The translations under genes and the position numbers were made by a program. A stretch of DNA of 64,000 nt, taken from NCBI RefSeq assembly GCF_018350175.1, contig NC_058368.1, forward strand, positions 188,358,001-188,422,000. Direction: 5' to 3'. The notes below the pieces were generated by a model, which worked only from the letters and a program-made list of their open reading frames with translations, made no database searches and was not told the DNA's origin. Every line of letters begins with the position of its first letter. Position 1 is the stretch's first letter. The stretch is from Felis catus. Lineage: Eukaryota. Of the stretch, positions 48,985 through 62,495 are shown in pieces.

Positions 48985-49505
48985 CTATAAACCATCCCTG
49001 GGTATACACTCAACAGAAATGCACTCATTTGTCCATCACAAGGCTTGTGCAAGAATGTTCATAACAGCTATGTTCATAATACCAAAACCCAGAAACAACC
49101 CAACTGTGCATCAATAGTACAAAAGATGAATAAACTGTAATATTGTCATGCAATGTAATACTACATGGCAATGAAAAAACGAAGACCATTGCTACACTCC
49201 AAAATGTGGATGAATGTCTCCATATAATTTTGAATGAAAGAAGCCAGACACAAAAAGAGCATGAACTTTATAATTCTATTTATATGAAGTTCAAAAACAG
49301 GAAAGATCAGAAGGTGGTTATCTTTGGTGAGGGCACTGACTAGGAGGGGACAGCAGAGAACTTGCCCCGGGGAGCAGAGAATGTTCTTTACCTTGATCTG
49401 GGTAATGGCTACCTGGATGTATACATATATAAAAACTCATCAAGCTTTCTCATGAGATTTGTGCGCTTTGCTATATGTAAGTTGTACCTAAAAAAAAAAA
49501 AAAAA
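48985..49505 (+). mobile_element. old L1 3' end (L1MB/MC-like) inside a hAT remnant
   Basis: Translation IILNERSQTQK (ORF2 C-terminus-like); CTTGATCTGGGTAATGGCTAC..AAAACTCATCAAGCT; poly-A at 49490-49505. Confidence 0.85.
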
Positions 49506-52500
49506 GTGAAAAGCAAAGTGAAATCGCTCTAGTTGAAGCAAGGAAGAGGGTCTTAAAGACCCATGTGCTGAGCCCCCACCTAGGACCCCATCTACCCACT
49601 CCTTGGAGGACTCTAAGGGTCCACAGGGCACAGTTTAAAAGAGCATGAGATGAGTCTAGACCATCTCTAAGGAAACAGAAGCTTTGACAGTGTGATTCAC
49701 CTTTAGAATTCAGTCTTCAAGATCCCACAGGTGACAGCTGTCTCAAACACCCAACTCCATGTCCATGGTCATCCTGTCTTGCCCTCTTCCCAAAGCCCAA
49801 AGCCCACATGCTGCCTCCAGGACCAAAGCCTCCTATTCACCCTCCCTAAGCATCACCCTCTGCTTCCAACTTCCCAAGAAGGCCCACACGAAGCTTACCT
49901 CCTGCTGGTGAGTGCAAGCGCTCAAGTTCAGCCACCTTGGTTCAAATCCTGACTCCTCTACCTGTGGCTGGATGTGCTTCTTCTTTGTACACTGACGTTA
50001 ATTGTACAGACCTCATTGCTTGTGAAGAGAATTAATTTAGTACACGGAGAGATCTTTCAACAGTGTCTAATCCATCCTAGGCACTCAATAAATGTTAGCT
50101 ATCATTCTGATCATTGTTTGTTCTCTTTCTTTGCTTGTTCATGGCCAAAGAATATATAGCTTTAAAAAATTAATAGTAATCTAGTAAAATGCTTACCATG
50201 TGCTTTGTTGGACTTCTCATAGCCCAGCCTCCTTTTGAGTGAACTGAAGAGACTGAGTTTCCAAAGTCACACAACTGATTAATGATGGATTCAAGACTCA
50301 AACTCAAGCCCTCCTGACCCCCAGACTCCACAGGCTGATCTCCTGGTTACCTTGGTCAGTAAACCACGTAACAGAGTTGACAGAGCAGGTCCCGATCCTT
50401 TAAGAGTGAACATATAGTGGGGCCACTAGTGTGATAGAGTCTGGAATCAAACAAGCCTGAGCTTCAATCTTGAGATGTGTGGTTTACCAGCTGTATGAGT
50501 TTCCACTGTTTAATTTATCCAAGCCTCAATTAGCTCATCTATAAATTGAGACACCACTATGGAATGCATTAAATGAGCTTCATAAGTGTGGCCAGAAGGA
50601 AAGCAAAGTTAACCCCGGGGATTTCCAGTATTATGGGATGCTGATAGGGAGTGATTTGGGGAAGGGACCATAAACTCCATCCCTGTTTCACCGAGATCTT
50701 CCTCCAGTTCAGAACAGAACCTCTTATCCAGGGACAACCCCTCTGAAGATTGGGGACTTTTTGAAAGATCAAACGATGCTGAAGGGCAAAATGTTAACTT
50801 TGTCTGTGGTTCTGGTCTCTCTTCCTCTGTTGTCAATTTTAAAACAGTTGCTAAAAACTAACCTCCCCTGTCAGCCTCTCTTCCTCTTCTTGTTCTCAGA
50901 ACAGAGGCTATGATGGAATCCAAGGCAGTTTTCATTTCCAAATAGCCCATCTTTCTGAGTCCCTCCTCCCTCTCAGCCCTCAATATTACTTTCTCTCTCT
51001 ACTTCATTCTGCTCTACCGACACAACTGTGCCTTAAGTGATGGGAGTGAGGATGACATCCTAGACTCCATGATTTTAGGACTCCCAGGTGGCCACAAGGA
51101 GCAGGTGGCTGGAACAGTGACTCAGACTCAGAAGGGAAGGATTTGGCAGTAAATGTGGGTTAAAAAGGCCTGATATTCTTACACACCAGATCTGAACATA
51201 ACCTTTTCCTACCCCCAGAGGTAAGAGGGGACAATCACACCCTCTTGCTCACTCCCATACAAATTACTGAACCTGCAAGGTTTTCTGGGGACATCCTCCT
51301 TTCTCTCCCCTGGATCATCACCTTTGATGGCCAATGTATTGAGATGGCACCCTCCAGGCCTGAAAAAAGTTGTCACATGAAGTGGGCAGATACAAGCAGC
51401 TGGGGAAAGGCATAGTGGCTATGAAAATTGAATCTTTAAAAGGCCATTGCCCAATAACTACGATGGAATCCAGTTTATTAAGGAACAGAGTTTCAAACAC
51501 AAAAGTGCCACCATGTGCTCTCAAACTTTCTTTAGCAATGCTTACCATCATCTTAGTCCAATACCACTTATTTCCAGTTATTAGGGGTTACTCCTTCACA
51601 TTTTGAGCTTATTTTCAAGCAATGACTCTCTTCTTCCCACCGTCCCCTGACAGTGTTTGCCCCCAACCCCAAACACATACACAAACACTGGACCTGTGTC
51701 TCTAAGGAGCTTGGCAGGGAGGGGAGCAGGGTCTGTTGTCACCACCCTGTCTCCTCCACACATGTCCTCTGGTGTTGAAGCAGGACAGAAGGATGGAAGG
51801 GCCGAAGTGTCCCCTTACTTAGCTGCCCCTGGTGAGGGACTGGTCCTCTTCATTACATGGGTTGTCGTTTCCTTGAATGACATGGACTGGCCTTTGGCTC
51901 TCCCTGTGAGGCTTCATCTCATGGGGAACACACATTGGTTTCATTGTGGAGTGTTGTGAGGCCACCCCTACATGTGTGGGCCATCCCCCTACATAGGTGT
52001 TGGTATGTAGCACCAGTTTGGGCTCTAGCTGCTTCCCTCCTTTCTCTCCCCAATCAGAGACAGTCCACCCCTCACTCCCCTTTTACTATGATCATCTCAT
52101 CTGCTCAGAACCCACTTAGGGATAATGGCAAGTGTAGTCCTGCTTCCCAGGGTGTTCTGTCAACCCGGGGGGGAACAGACGCATCCTGTCACACCTGAGA
52201 GGCTACAGGCCCCAATCTCCTGCCTCCTTCTCCAGGCCTCAACAGCATCAGGTACTCTGCTGGTTCATGGCTCAGAAATTGTGAAAGAAAAAATAATTTT
52301 AATCTATTGGTGTTATTAGGAATTTTAAAAATCCTTCCCAAATCTGCACACCTTGATTTAAGTCTACTAAGCACACACTCCTCAGGAGAAGGGCCGGGTG
52401 AAAACAAAAAGTAGAAGTCAAATTCCATGCCAGGCTCCATGCAGGGGGCAGGGTAGTGTGTGGTCCCTTCATGGGAGAAGTGAACCCAGAGCTCCTCATA

Positions 52501-53855
52501 GGCAGAAACCCGGAACCAGCACGAACCAAAACAATGTCAACTTCAGAGATGACAGAAATCTGGGGGAGGACATTAGACATCCCAGCAAGTAGGATAAGGT
52601 TTAAAGAAAATAGGATAAAGAGCTTAAGTCACTTTGATTTAAACCTCAAAGTACAGGGTGACTCAGCTCCAAAAAGTGGCATCTTGTACAGGGGTTGTTA
52701 GCCTGTCAGGTTTGTTCTCTGCATAGAAATATCAAAAGTTGATATACCCTTGAAACCCCTTAGCATGATACCATATGGGAGATGCACATTCCTCAGTACG
52801 TTTCATCAGCCAGTGCTTCCCTAAATGCTCAATGGATCTTCGACTCCTAGTGTGACCATCAGCGGAAGCAGGTGGTCCCAACGAGGTGCCATGTTGAACC
52901 CCAACACATCTCTTTAATAAACCTAGACCCACAGCCTACGTGGTGAGACACTCACACGACAGGAGGCCCAGGAGCTGAGGTCTAAGGAGGGAACAGCAGA
53001 ATCCCCCTCTGTTCCCATCTCATGCTCACTCCAGCGCACCCACTAAAATTCTTTGGTTTCCTGCCCTCTTCTCTCTCAAAAGTGTATAGTTGAACATGTA
53101 TAACTTTACTGCACATGTGATGTGATGCCCATTAAAATATATAAAAACTACTTAAGCCAAGAAAGAATATGAGAAAGGAACACACCATGATCTTAGCCAT
53201 GGCAGTCCTTAGGTGCTCTATTATTCAAAGTTTATGTAATAAGCACATACAACATTTACAATGGTAAGTATGCCATTGGGTAGTTGCAGGGAATGAAGGT
53301 GCTTACAACAGGACACAAGCACATAGTAGGCCCTAAATATATATTATCTCATTATTATTATCAGGAAAAAATAAAATTTACCTCACTGCTGTATGACAGG
53401 AACGAGGTGGCAGAGGAGATGGGCCCCCAGCAGGGAGGCCCCTCTCCACCCCTAAACCTGCAGAAGTTTCATGGCCTTTGTTACCCCTGCCCACAGATGA
53501 CTGGAATGTTTTCGCTGAGGTAGGATCACAGAAGATTATACTGCCCACATGTCAACCCCGAAAGGATCTAGAAACCTGGGAGAAAAAAGCAGGAAGGTGA
53601 GAGGGGGTGGTTAAGAGATGAAAATAATTTCCAGAAGGAATTTGATTAATGCTGTTGTCCTGGGCAAGGAGCAGTTCTGGGCCAGCATCCCTCCTAGGGC
53701 AGGAGAAGAGAGGAGGGCAAGGCTTAGGAGCTCGGGCTGTGCATTCCCGCTGACCTAAGATGTCAATCCCAGTCCTACCATTAGGACAAGTTACTTATTC
53801 CCTTGGCCTCAGTTTCCTCATGTAGAAAACGAGGGATAATAATAACACACACCAT

Positions 53856-54070
53856 GGGGTGCCTGGTGGCTCAGTCGGTTAAGCGTCCAACTTCGGCTCA
53901 GGCCATGATCTGACGGTTTGGGGGTTCGAGCCCCGTATCGGGCTCTGTGCTGACAGCTCAGAGCCTGGAGCCTGCTTTGGATTCTGTGTCTCCCTCCTTC
54001 AATCCCTCCCCCGTTCATGCTCACTTTCTCTCTGTCTCAAAAATGAATAAACATTAAAAAATTTAAAAAA
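53856..54070 (+). mobile_element. Can-SINE inserted in a MIR
   Basis: Full SINE; TSD ATAATAATAACAC; MIR core GCCTCAGTTTCCTCATGTAGAAAA just upstream. Confidence 0.94.
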
Positions 54071-54324
54071 ATAATAATAACACTGCATCAGGATGCCATG
54101 GGGGATAAAAGAGGTACCACAACTGCAGAGCCTGGTGTGGAGTGGCACTTCTCAGCTAGCACTGTTATCTGCACCCTAAAATTCCTGCATGATTATGTGT
54201 GATTATGAGTGCTTGAATGATTTGGAGTGTTGAAATCTATAGACGTAAGTTATTGTTTAAAGCATATGTTTGCAATACAAATTGAAATGTGTCACCCTCT
54301 ATCATCTATTAAGTTGGAAAGTGT

Positions 54325-54557
54325 GGGGTGCCTGGGTGACTCACTCAGTTTAGCATCCGTCTCTTGATTTCAGCTCAGGTCATGATCTCACAGTGTGTGG
54401 GATCGAGCCCCGCGTCTGGTTCCGTGCTGAGAGTACGGACTCTGCTTGGGATTCTCTCTCTCCCTCTCTCTCTGCCCCTCCCCGCTCATGTGCTTGCTCT
54501 CTCTCTCTCTCTCTCTCTCAAAATAAAATGAATAAACTTCAAAACATATATATATAC

Positions 54558-54603
<46 letters not shown>
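54325..54603 (+). mobile_element. Can-SINE with (TA)n(CA)n tail, inside an old L1 fragment
   Basis: Head GGGGTGCCTGGGTGACTCACTCAG; microsatellite at 54546-54603. Confidence 0.92.
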
Positions 54604-54605
<2 letters not shown>

Positions 54606-54949
54606 GTGAGAATGTGGGGAAATGGACACGCCTTCTCTATTGATGGGAATATAAGCGGCACAATCTCTGGGAAGAGCTATTTGACAACATGTATCAGTTC
54701 CCTTAAACATGTCCAGTCTCGGGCAGAGAAGTCATATGGTGTCACAGGGTTGAGGAGAGATGGGAACAGAATGCCTAGTGGAGGTGAAAGGCAGAAACCA
54801 GGATGGGTCCAGGGAATTAACAGATCTTCTTTAAGGAGCCCCAGAAATTCCAGGGAGGAGATATAAAATGTGTGGTCATGCAAACTGTCATAAACAATTG
54901 TTATTTGGGTGTTAGAGAGAATGCCAGCCCTTTAACTGGAGATGCAGAA

Positions 54950-55410
54950 CTAGTGTACCTCCAGTTGCCAACTGCATATCCCTTCCTGGAGGCCTCAAAT
55001 GCATCTTCCACTCCAGCACACCCAGGATGGACCTATGGACTGACCACACTCCCCACTCAAACCGTTCATCCCCACTGTTCCAATCTTAACAACAAAAAAC
55101 CACCACCATTTACTAGTTGTTCAAGTGCCAACCCCGATGAGTTATCCTTGATTTCTGCTTTTCACTTCACCAATACCACCAGCAGCACCATCCAAACCCT
55201 CACATCCAATCACTCAACGGGTCCTGTTTCTTCTGCTTCCAAAATACATCCTGAATCTAGTCACTGCTCTCCGTCACCACTGCTACTGTCTGATAGAGGC
55301 CACCATTATTTCCCACCTGGACTAGGCTTGTCAATTATCTTACTTCTACTCATAATCCCTCCAAATCATTCTCCAAGTAACAGCCTGGATGCTCTTTTAA
55401 AAATAGAAAC
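54950..55410 (+). mobile_element. L2 fragment
   Basis: CTCAAATGCATCTTCC..CACCACCATTTACTAGTTGTTCAAG..CATCCAATCA..TCCAAAATACATCCTGAATCT..CACCTGGACTA. Confidence 0.7.
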
Positions 55411-55414
55411 CAGA

Positions 55415-55900
55415 ATGTTAAGTGCAGCTGAAGAGAATTGATAAATGTGACTATATATCCGAAATTATTCTAACTTGAGCACAGAGTAACTAGACTAAAA
55501 GAGGTAAAATAGGAAAGGTATGTCAAGAATAATGGATGACAGGCTTAGAAGGACTAACATGCATCTTGTTAAAGTACTGGAGAAATGAATAGAAAGAGTG
55601 GAAGAGAGGAAATTTTCAATGAGTTAATAGGTTTGCATTTTCCAAAACTGGTGCAAGAAACTAAGCTTCAGACTGAGGATTCCCCACCAAACCCCAAATA
55701 GAATGAATAAGATTAAATCCACACCTGAGCACATTTATAGATAAACTAAGGAGCACTAAAACAAAGACCTGATATTATAAAAGCGGCAGAGAAAACAGAG
55801 GTCACCTACAAAAGACTGACAATGAGAGCTGAGATGGCAACGGCAGCTGGTGGAAGTCAGGCGACAGCCAAGAACGATATACTCAGAAATCGCCTCTTAA
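55415..55900 (+). mobile_element. old L1 ORF1 fragment
   Basis: 55532-55582 translates MDDRLRRTNMHLVKVLE (ORF1 RRxN motif); AAATCCACACCTGAGCACAT; GTCACCTACAAAAG. Confidence 0.8.
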
Positions 55901-56049
55901 AAACAAGGGCAGATATTGTTTCACACATTTCTCTCAATGGGTTTAAGAGAATTCATTAAAAAAGAGGGAGAGAGAGAGACCAAGTTGAGTCACATAATCA
56001 ACCAGATTAAAATTCATCCATTTCTTTACATTGTCTCTTTTTCCTTGTC

Positions 56050-56445
56050 TCCTATCCCTCTTTCCCCACCCACCACCCTGGAGACACTCAGGCCTTCTTT
56101 CTCTTCCTCCAACAGCACACTCTGGGTCTTTCCTCCTACTCTGCCCCCTGCCTGGAGTGCCCTGTGCTTGCTCTCCTCTCAACCTTCAGGTCTCTCCTCA
56201 AAAAAATAGTCCCTCCAGCCATTAACGTGACACCCTGTTCCATTTTGCTGGAAGCACTTATCTACAACTGAAATTCTTTTGTTTGCTTTTTTGTTTACTT
56301 GTGTGTTGTTTATGTTCCCCTCCTCACACCATTAGAATGTGAGCCCCATGAGGGCAGAAGCCTGCCTGCTTACCTCTTTATTGCTTATCCTCAACAACCA
56401 GGGCATCTGAAGTGCTCAATAATTAGTAGGGAAAAAATCAATGAA
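56050..56445 (+). mobile_element. L2 3' end
   Basis: CCATTAGAATGTGAGCCCCATGAGGGCAG..AAGTGCTCAATAATT. Confidence 0.8.
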
Positions 56446-57249
56446 CGAGTATCTGGGTCACACAAGGTTGTGGCACCTCTTACTCCAGTATCCAGTTCAT
56501 GGTGGGAGAAGGGGCCAGAGCCACTGGTTCTGAGGATGAATCCTTCTTGTTTAACTATAGGAGAGCTCAGGATTCCATCTGGGCTAGCAGAACAAGTTAA
56601 CAGCAGGATGAGAAGCTAAAGCTTTTGGATCCTTGGCACTCGTCTAGGTGATTGCTTCAGATGTGTCTTGTCACCATCTCACCAGTGCTATTTCACAATG
56701 GTATACAAAGGATGAGAATTAACTTCATCCCAAAGGAACTCTTCTTGGGACATCTGGTCACATGGCATGTAGGAAGTGGGTCAATGAATAAGCATTCAAA
56801 TGAGGAAATGTTGAAACATCACTGGTCCGCATTGCAGAGCTGAGATCCCTTAGCTTAGTATTCAAGGCACTCCGCTCTCCAGCCTTGTTCCAGATCTGAG
56901 ATCTCTCTTGACCTCAATTTCCCCATCTGTAAAATGAGAAGAAAATGATCAGAAAGGTCCCTTCCAGGCCTAATGGTTTAGCATGCTTCTCTTGGACATG
57001 AATTCCTTCCTGCAGCCAAACTGATCTAATTACTGTCTTCCCTGTCCCCCACCTACACATAAACCTAAAAATTTTGCCTTTGATTACACTGGTCTCCTGC
57101 CTATAATGCTATCATTTCCTCTCTGGTCTTTGAAATAACAGGTGGCCTTCAATGGTCAATGGAGTTTCTACTCCCATTCTTCTTTCTTATTTGTTCTAGC
57201 TGAAAATATGTCCTTTTTATAAACCCCTGGGCATGTACTGTCTCATCTA

Positions 57250-57484
57250 AGGCGTTAATAAACTATAACCCGCAAGCCAGATTTAGGCCATGGGCCAAAT
57301 CTGTCTGTTTTTATAAAGTTTTGTTGGGACACAGCCATGCCAGTTCATTTACATATTGTTTATGGCTGCTTTTACTAAAAGACTACAATGTCAGGGTTGA
57401 ATCGTTGTTAACAGAAACAGCGTGGCCCACAAAGCCTAAAAATGTACTATCTGGCTCTTTACAAAATCAGTTTCCAACTTCTGG
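57250..57484. mobile_element. MER58A-like hAT-Charlie element
   Basis: ATAAAGTTTTGTTGGGACACAGCCATGCC..CATTTACATATTGTTTATGGCTGCTTT..TGGCCCACAAAGCCTAAAA..TACTATCTGGCTCTTTACA. Confidence 0.88.
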
Positions 57485-58032
57485 CCAATCCATGCTTCTC
57501 AAACTTGATCTCTGTGTACAAAGATCCCTGCCAAGATCCAGACAGAAGATATCCAAAGCCACAGATCACCACAGTGTGTATCTTCTTGCACCATCAATTT
57601 GAAGAATGGGGAGGGGGGAAAATGGTTAATGAAATATAAATGTGTACCTTAAAGCAAACACATTTATCTTACAAAATGGAATCTAGCATTTGCATGAAAT
57701 TGTGACTGAAAATCCCGAATGTGACCCAAATTCCAAGCTTAGGTAGGACCTCTTCACATTGTTCCGACTCCCTCACTGCTAAAATGTTTTAGTATAAAAT
57801 TCTGGGAAAAACCCATCTATGCTATTAGATTTGAAGTGAAACCACCTGAATTTTTGTATCCTTACCACTCGTGACCTAGTGCTTTACTAAGGAATGGGGT
57901 TATTTATCAAGGTAAATCCTGAAAGGTCCTCCCCTGTCAGGATGGTTAATGGGGTCCTGCATGATGGCAGGACCAGGGGACTTGACCTGCAGAGGTCTCA
58001 TTCACTGTAGGGGATTTATGAGTGCCTTGACT

Positions 58033-58046
58033 GTTTCTATGGCAAC
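58033..58046. promoter_or_regulatory. RFX X-box motif
   Basis: GTTTCTATGGCAAC fits the X-box GTTNCYATGGNAAC. Confidence 0.5.
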
Positions 58047-58814
58047 AAAAAGACTAATAGCATTTTGTTACATTAACAATATTTGCCACAATGTTATTGC
58101 CAGTTCAAGCCACAAATTAGTTCCTTCCTGAGCTCAAGGCAGAACCAACCATACAAGTGAAAGAGTGATGACCTAGTCGTTTTGTTTTGTTCGCCTTTCT
58201 CTTTTTCTTTTCTTTTATTTATTTGCTTATTTATTTACAGAGAAGAAATGGGAAAAGAGATACTATAAAATTTATTCCAACCCTGGCTAACAACACCACG
58301 GCTATTTGTGTGCCCCCTTCCATTTCCCTCACCCCAAATAACCTCTATTGCATAAAACAGTGATCACTGTTTTGTGTTTGATGTGGTTGTCTATCTTTGT
58401 TTTGTTTTTAAAAGGCAAACATCCCTAGGAAAGGATAACACATAATATTACCAACACCTAGTAAGAATCAGGAGGTGGTTTTGGCATTGGGGGGTGGAGG
58501 AAGAAAGGCAGCCCCAGACTCCCAGCCAAGGTTGCAAGATCTGAGGCCAACCCCAATTCTGGCACCAACCTGCCGGGCTGGCCTGGGGGAGTCATTTGCC
58601 ATTCCTGCACCTTCGTGTGTCTTTCCAGTAACATGAAAGTAGGGAGCTGGGTGACCTCCAACAGTAAGACTTACAGTCCAACTGTAAGACTCTACAGTTC
58701 AAGGCAGCATAATTAATGGAAAGATCAAGGTCATGACCACATGGATAGGCCTCAATAACATAAACCAGACTGGAAAATGTTATGCAGAATGACTTATACT
58801 GTATAATGCCATTC

Positions 58815-59790
58815 TAGTTTTTTAATTTAATTTTGGGGATAGGTAACACAGTCCATCCATGTTGCTCAAAAAAAAAAATATTTTAAAATACATTTAAAAG
58901 TCTTCCTTTCTTCTTTCATCCTCCTCCTTTCTTCCCACATACAACACTGTTACTAGTTTTCATATGTAAACTTCCTGGACAGATAAGCTTAATTTTCCTC
59001 TTTGCTGCACAAAGGTAGCATACTATACATAGTGTTCTGCACTTTTGCTTTTTTGTTAGTCAGTATGTGTGGGAGAAATTTCCACTTTGGCATAGAGAAT
59101 GCCTTCATTTTTCTAGTTGGGATGTACCACAATTTATTCAACCAGTCCCTTATTGATGGGTGTGTGGATTATTCCCGGTCTTTTTATTACAAGCAACACT
59201 TTAAAGAATCACCTTGAACACATGTGCTTTTGAAAATGTACACATATACCTATAGACAGATTTCTGGAAATGAAATTTCTCTTGTAATTTTGTGCATTTA
59301 CATTTTTTCAAAATTTGAGAGAGAGAGAGACAAAAAGGGGGAGAAGCAGAGAGAGAGAGGGTGAGAGGGAATCCCAAGCAGGCTCCACACTGCCAGCACA
59401 GAGCCCAATACTGGGCTTTAACCCACGATCCATGAGATCATGGCCTGAGCCCAAATCAAGAGTCGACACTTAACCAACTGAGCCACCCAGGTTCCCTGGG
59501 GCATTTGCATTTTTGATGCAGACTGTCAAATCGCCCTCTAGCGAGAAGACATCACTTCACTCACTCACAATCAAAATTGGACTACCTCTTCCCTGTGGCC
59601 TCTTCTACACAGTGAGTTACCAAATTGTCAGTACTGGCCAATCTGACGAGGTTAAAAAACAGTATCTCAAGGTGATCTTAATCTGTGCTGCTCTTTTAGT
59701 GAATGAGACCGTGAAATTTTTTTGTTAAGAGCCATTTGTATTTTTTTCCTCTGTAAATGAATACTTTTAGTTAGCCCTTTTTCATATATG
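58815..59790 (-). mobile_element. old L1 (L1MC/ME-like) 3' region
   Basis: AGCATACTATACATAGTGTTCTGCACTTT..ATGTACCACAATTTATTCAACCAGTCCC..GCCAATCTGA..GTATCTCA..GCCATTTGTATTT. Confidence 0.8.
59308..59496 (-). mobile_element. Can-SINE in L1
   Basis: Reverse SINE; TSD GCATTT(A/G)CATTTTT. Confidence 0.9.
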
Positions 59791-61674
59791 TAAACATTTA
59801 AAACACACCAGGCTATAGATGGCTTATGGCTGTGAACAGGTAATGAAGGGTAGGGAGGATACTCCCACTCTATAGCCTCAATTAAGAGACTGGTTGCCTC
59901 CAGAGAGGAAGGGAGGAGAATGAGACAGGGGAGGGACACAAAGGGACTCCTGCTGCATATGCGACAATGTATTTCTTTTTAAAAAGACACAAAGCAAACA
60001 GGGCAGAAAGAAAATAGAAGAGGAAGGAAGGAAGGGAGGAAGGAAGGAAGAGAAAGAGGGAGGGAAAGAGAAAACAGGCTTTAAAATCAACTGAACCTGA
60101 CCTTGAAGCTCAGCTTTACCACACACACTCTGTGGCCTTTGGCAACTCTCGCAACCTCTCTCATTCTCAATTTCAACACCTATAGAATGTAGATTAAGCC
60201 TACTTTGCAGAGTTAGCATAAGGACTGAGGATAATCCCTGGAAAACTGTGATTAGCACACCACTGTGGCTCAACAGTCACATCAGAATTGTAACATTAAT
60301 TTGGCTCTTATTATTCAAATGTATACACAATGCCTCAAGCCAAAAGAAAAGTCTGGTGGCTTTTCTTGGCTCAAACTACCTCTTTTTCCTGTTGGGTTTC
60401 CCAAGCAGTCTTCTCGATGATCCCACGCCAGTGTCGTTCCCAGAGCTGTCTGACTGGGAAGCCCAAATGTGACAGAAGCAAGGGTGTGGTCACGGGCAGG
60501 GAGGGGGAGTTTCCTCTGTGTTGCAAGCCCTGTTCCCAAGAGCTGTGACCTCTATTAGCACAGGCTGAGACTCTGGCTTCCCATCCCACTGTGGTGGCAT
60601 CTAGAAAGCCCAAGCCCAACACACTCCTTTTCTAAGGACAAACCATGGCCCAGAGTCTCCCTGCCATCCCTCTTATAGGGACAATGTATGGGAGAATTAC
60701 GACTGTGGTTGACCTGAAACCTGTACTCCCCGAGGCCTCAGAAGAGGCCATTCTCTCCCTCTCTCTTTGGTTCCGTGACATCTAGGAGCAGCAGACTGCC
60801 ACACCTCACCCCACAGTGCTACTTCAACCTCTCATTGCCTCATTTCCCAGACAAGATTCCTTTGCTGTAAACTTGTTGTATCAGCATGGGGAAGAGTCAA
60901 GCAGTGAACTTTGTACAGACTTCCTTATACCTTTGGGTTATTTCCTGAGCTGAAATTGTGTCTATTCTTTTTCATTATTTTGATCCTAAAACACCAAAAA
61001 CTAGAGAGGAGAGAAGAGAGGGCAGGAAAGAGAGAGAAAGGAGGAAAGAAAATGGCAAAGAGGGAAAGGAAAAGATTCAAAACAGATGGCATCTGAGACA
61101 TGTAATGTACACTCTCTAGAGAGAAAGCTCTGGAAGTGACCTAAAGGTCTGCCTTGGACACCACCAGGTCCCCGATTAGTGGCTGGACCCACTACAGGAG
61201 CCAATGCCAGGTGTGGGGTGAGCATCAAGTAATGCCTACTCTGTTAACATCTGGAAGCTTCACCGAGCCAGCAAAGACAACACCCTTCAATTATTGGCAG
61301 CAATGAGCCCATAATAACCCATCAATCAACTCACGAAAATCTTGGGGAAACCTATTATGACTATTCATGGCCGGGGAAGGTTGCTTTATCCTTGGCAGAA
61401 CTGATTTGAAGGGAAATTGTAAGCCACACAAAGTTTAACTTTCTTGGCATTTGTGAGTATTTCTCTCTTGTTTTAGCGACCTAGATACGGTAAAGCCAGG
61501 AACCTCTCTCTGTAGCATCACTCACAGGCCTGCCAGCATATTTACTGCCAGTGCCTCACCTCTCTTCCCTTAATCCAAATTTCCCTTTTATTGGCCTCAT
61601 TTCCCAGAGCTCTTTGCTGGGAGACAAACTACCTGCCCTGAGAAACCGATTCATTCTGAAGTGATAACAGATGT

Positions 61675-62227
61675 AGTGGTAGGCAAAATAATAGCCTTCC
61701 AAAGACATTCATGCCCTAATCTCCAGGATCTTTCCATCTTTAAAGGAGAATGTGCAAGTGGGATTAAGGTTAAGGACACTGAGATGGGGAGGATATCCTG
61801 GATTATCCAGGTAAACCCAATCTAAGTACTTGGGTCCTTAAAGGTTGGAGAACCTTTCTCTGCCAGGTCAGAGAGATGAGAGGGGAGAAGAGTTGAGGAC
61901 TTTGAAGACAGAAGAAGTGGGCGCAAGTCAAGGAATGTGGGTGGCTGCTAGAAGCTAGAAATTGCCCTCAGTGACAGCCAGAAAGGAAACAGGATCTCAG
62001 ATCTACAGACGCAAGGAACTGGATTTTGCAAACTCAAATGTCCAAGGAAGCCAATCCATTCCTAGAACCTCCAGTAATGAATGCAGCCCCATTGACACCT
62101 TGACTTTAGCCCAACGAGACCCATGTTGGGAATCTGACCCATAGAACTGTAAGGTAATAGATGTGTGTTGTTTAAACCACTCGTACTGGTGGAAATGTGT
62201 TATTTTCTAGCAATAAGAAACTAATAA
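61675..62227 (+). mobile_element. MaLR solo LTR (MLT1D/E-like)
   Basis: GTGGTAGGCAAAATAATAGCC..GATTAAGGTTAAGG..ATCCTGGATTATCCAGGT..GACACCTTGACTTTAGCCC..AGAACTGTAAG..GCAATAAGAAACTAATA. Confidence 0.88.
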
Positions 62228-62270
62228 GATGCTAAGATGAGACTCAGTCAACAGGGCTTTCAGTCAGTTT

Positions 62271-62495
62271 ATTTTCTTAAAAATTTCTTAACGTTTTTAT
62301 TCATTTTCAAGAGACAGAGAGAGACAGAGCATGAGCAGGGAAGGAGCAGAGACAGAGGAGACACAGAATCCAAAGCAGGCTCCAGGCCCTGAGCTGTCAG
62401 CACAGAGCCCAACACGAGGCTCGAACTCACGAACTATGAGATCATGACCTGAGCCAAAGACAGACGCCTAACCGACTGAGTCACCCAGGCGCCCC
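62271..62495 (-). mobile_element. Can-SINE
   Basis: Full reverse SINE; TSD TCAGTCA(G/C)TTT. Confidence 0.94.

Noticed and set aside
54872..55441. Longest ORF in the window (189 aa)
   Set aside because: Overlies a decayed L2 fragment; Ser/Pro/Thr-biased, with no recognisable domain or splice context
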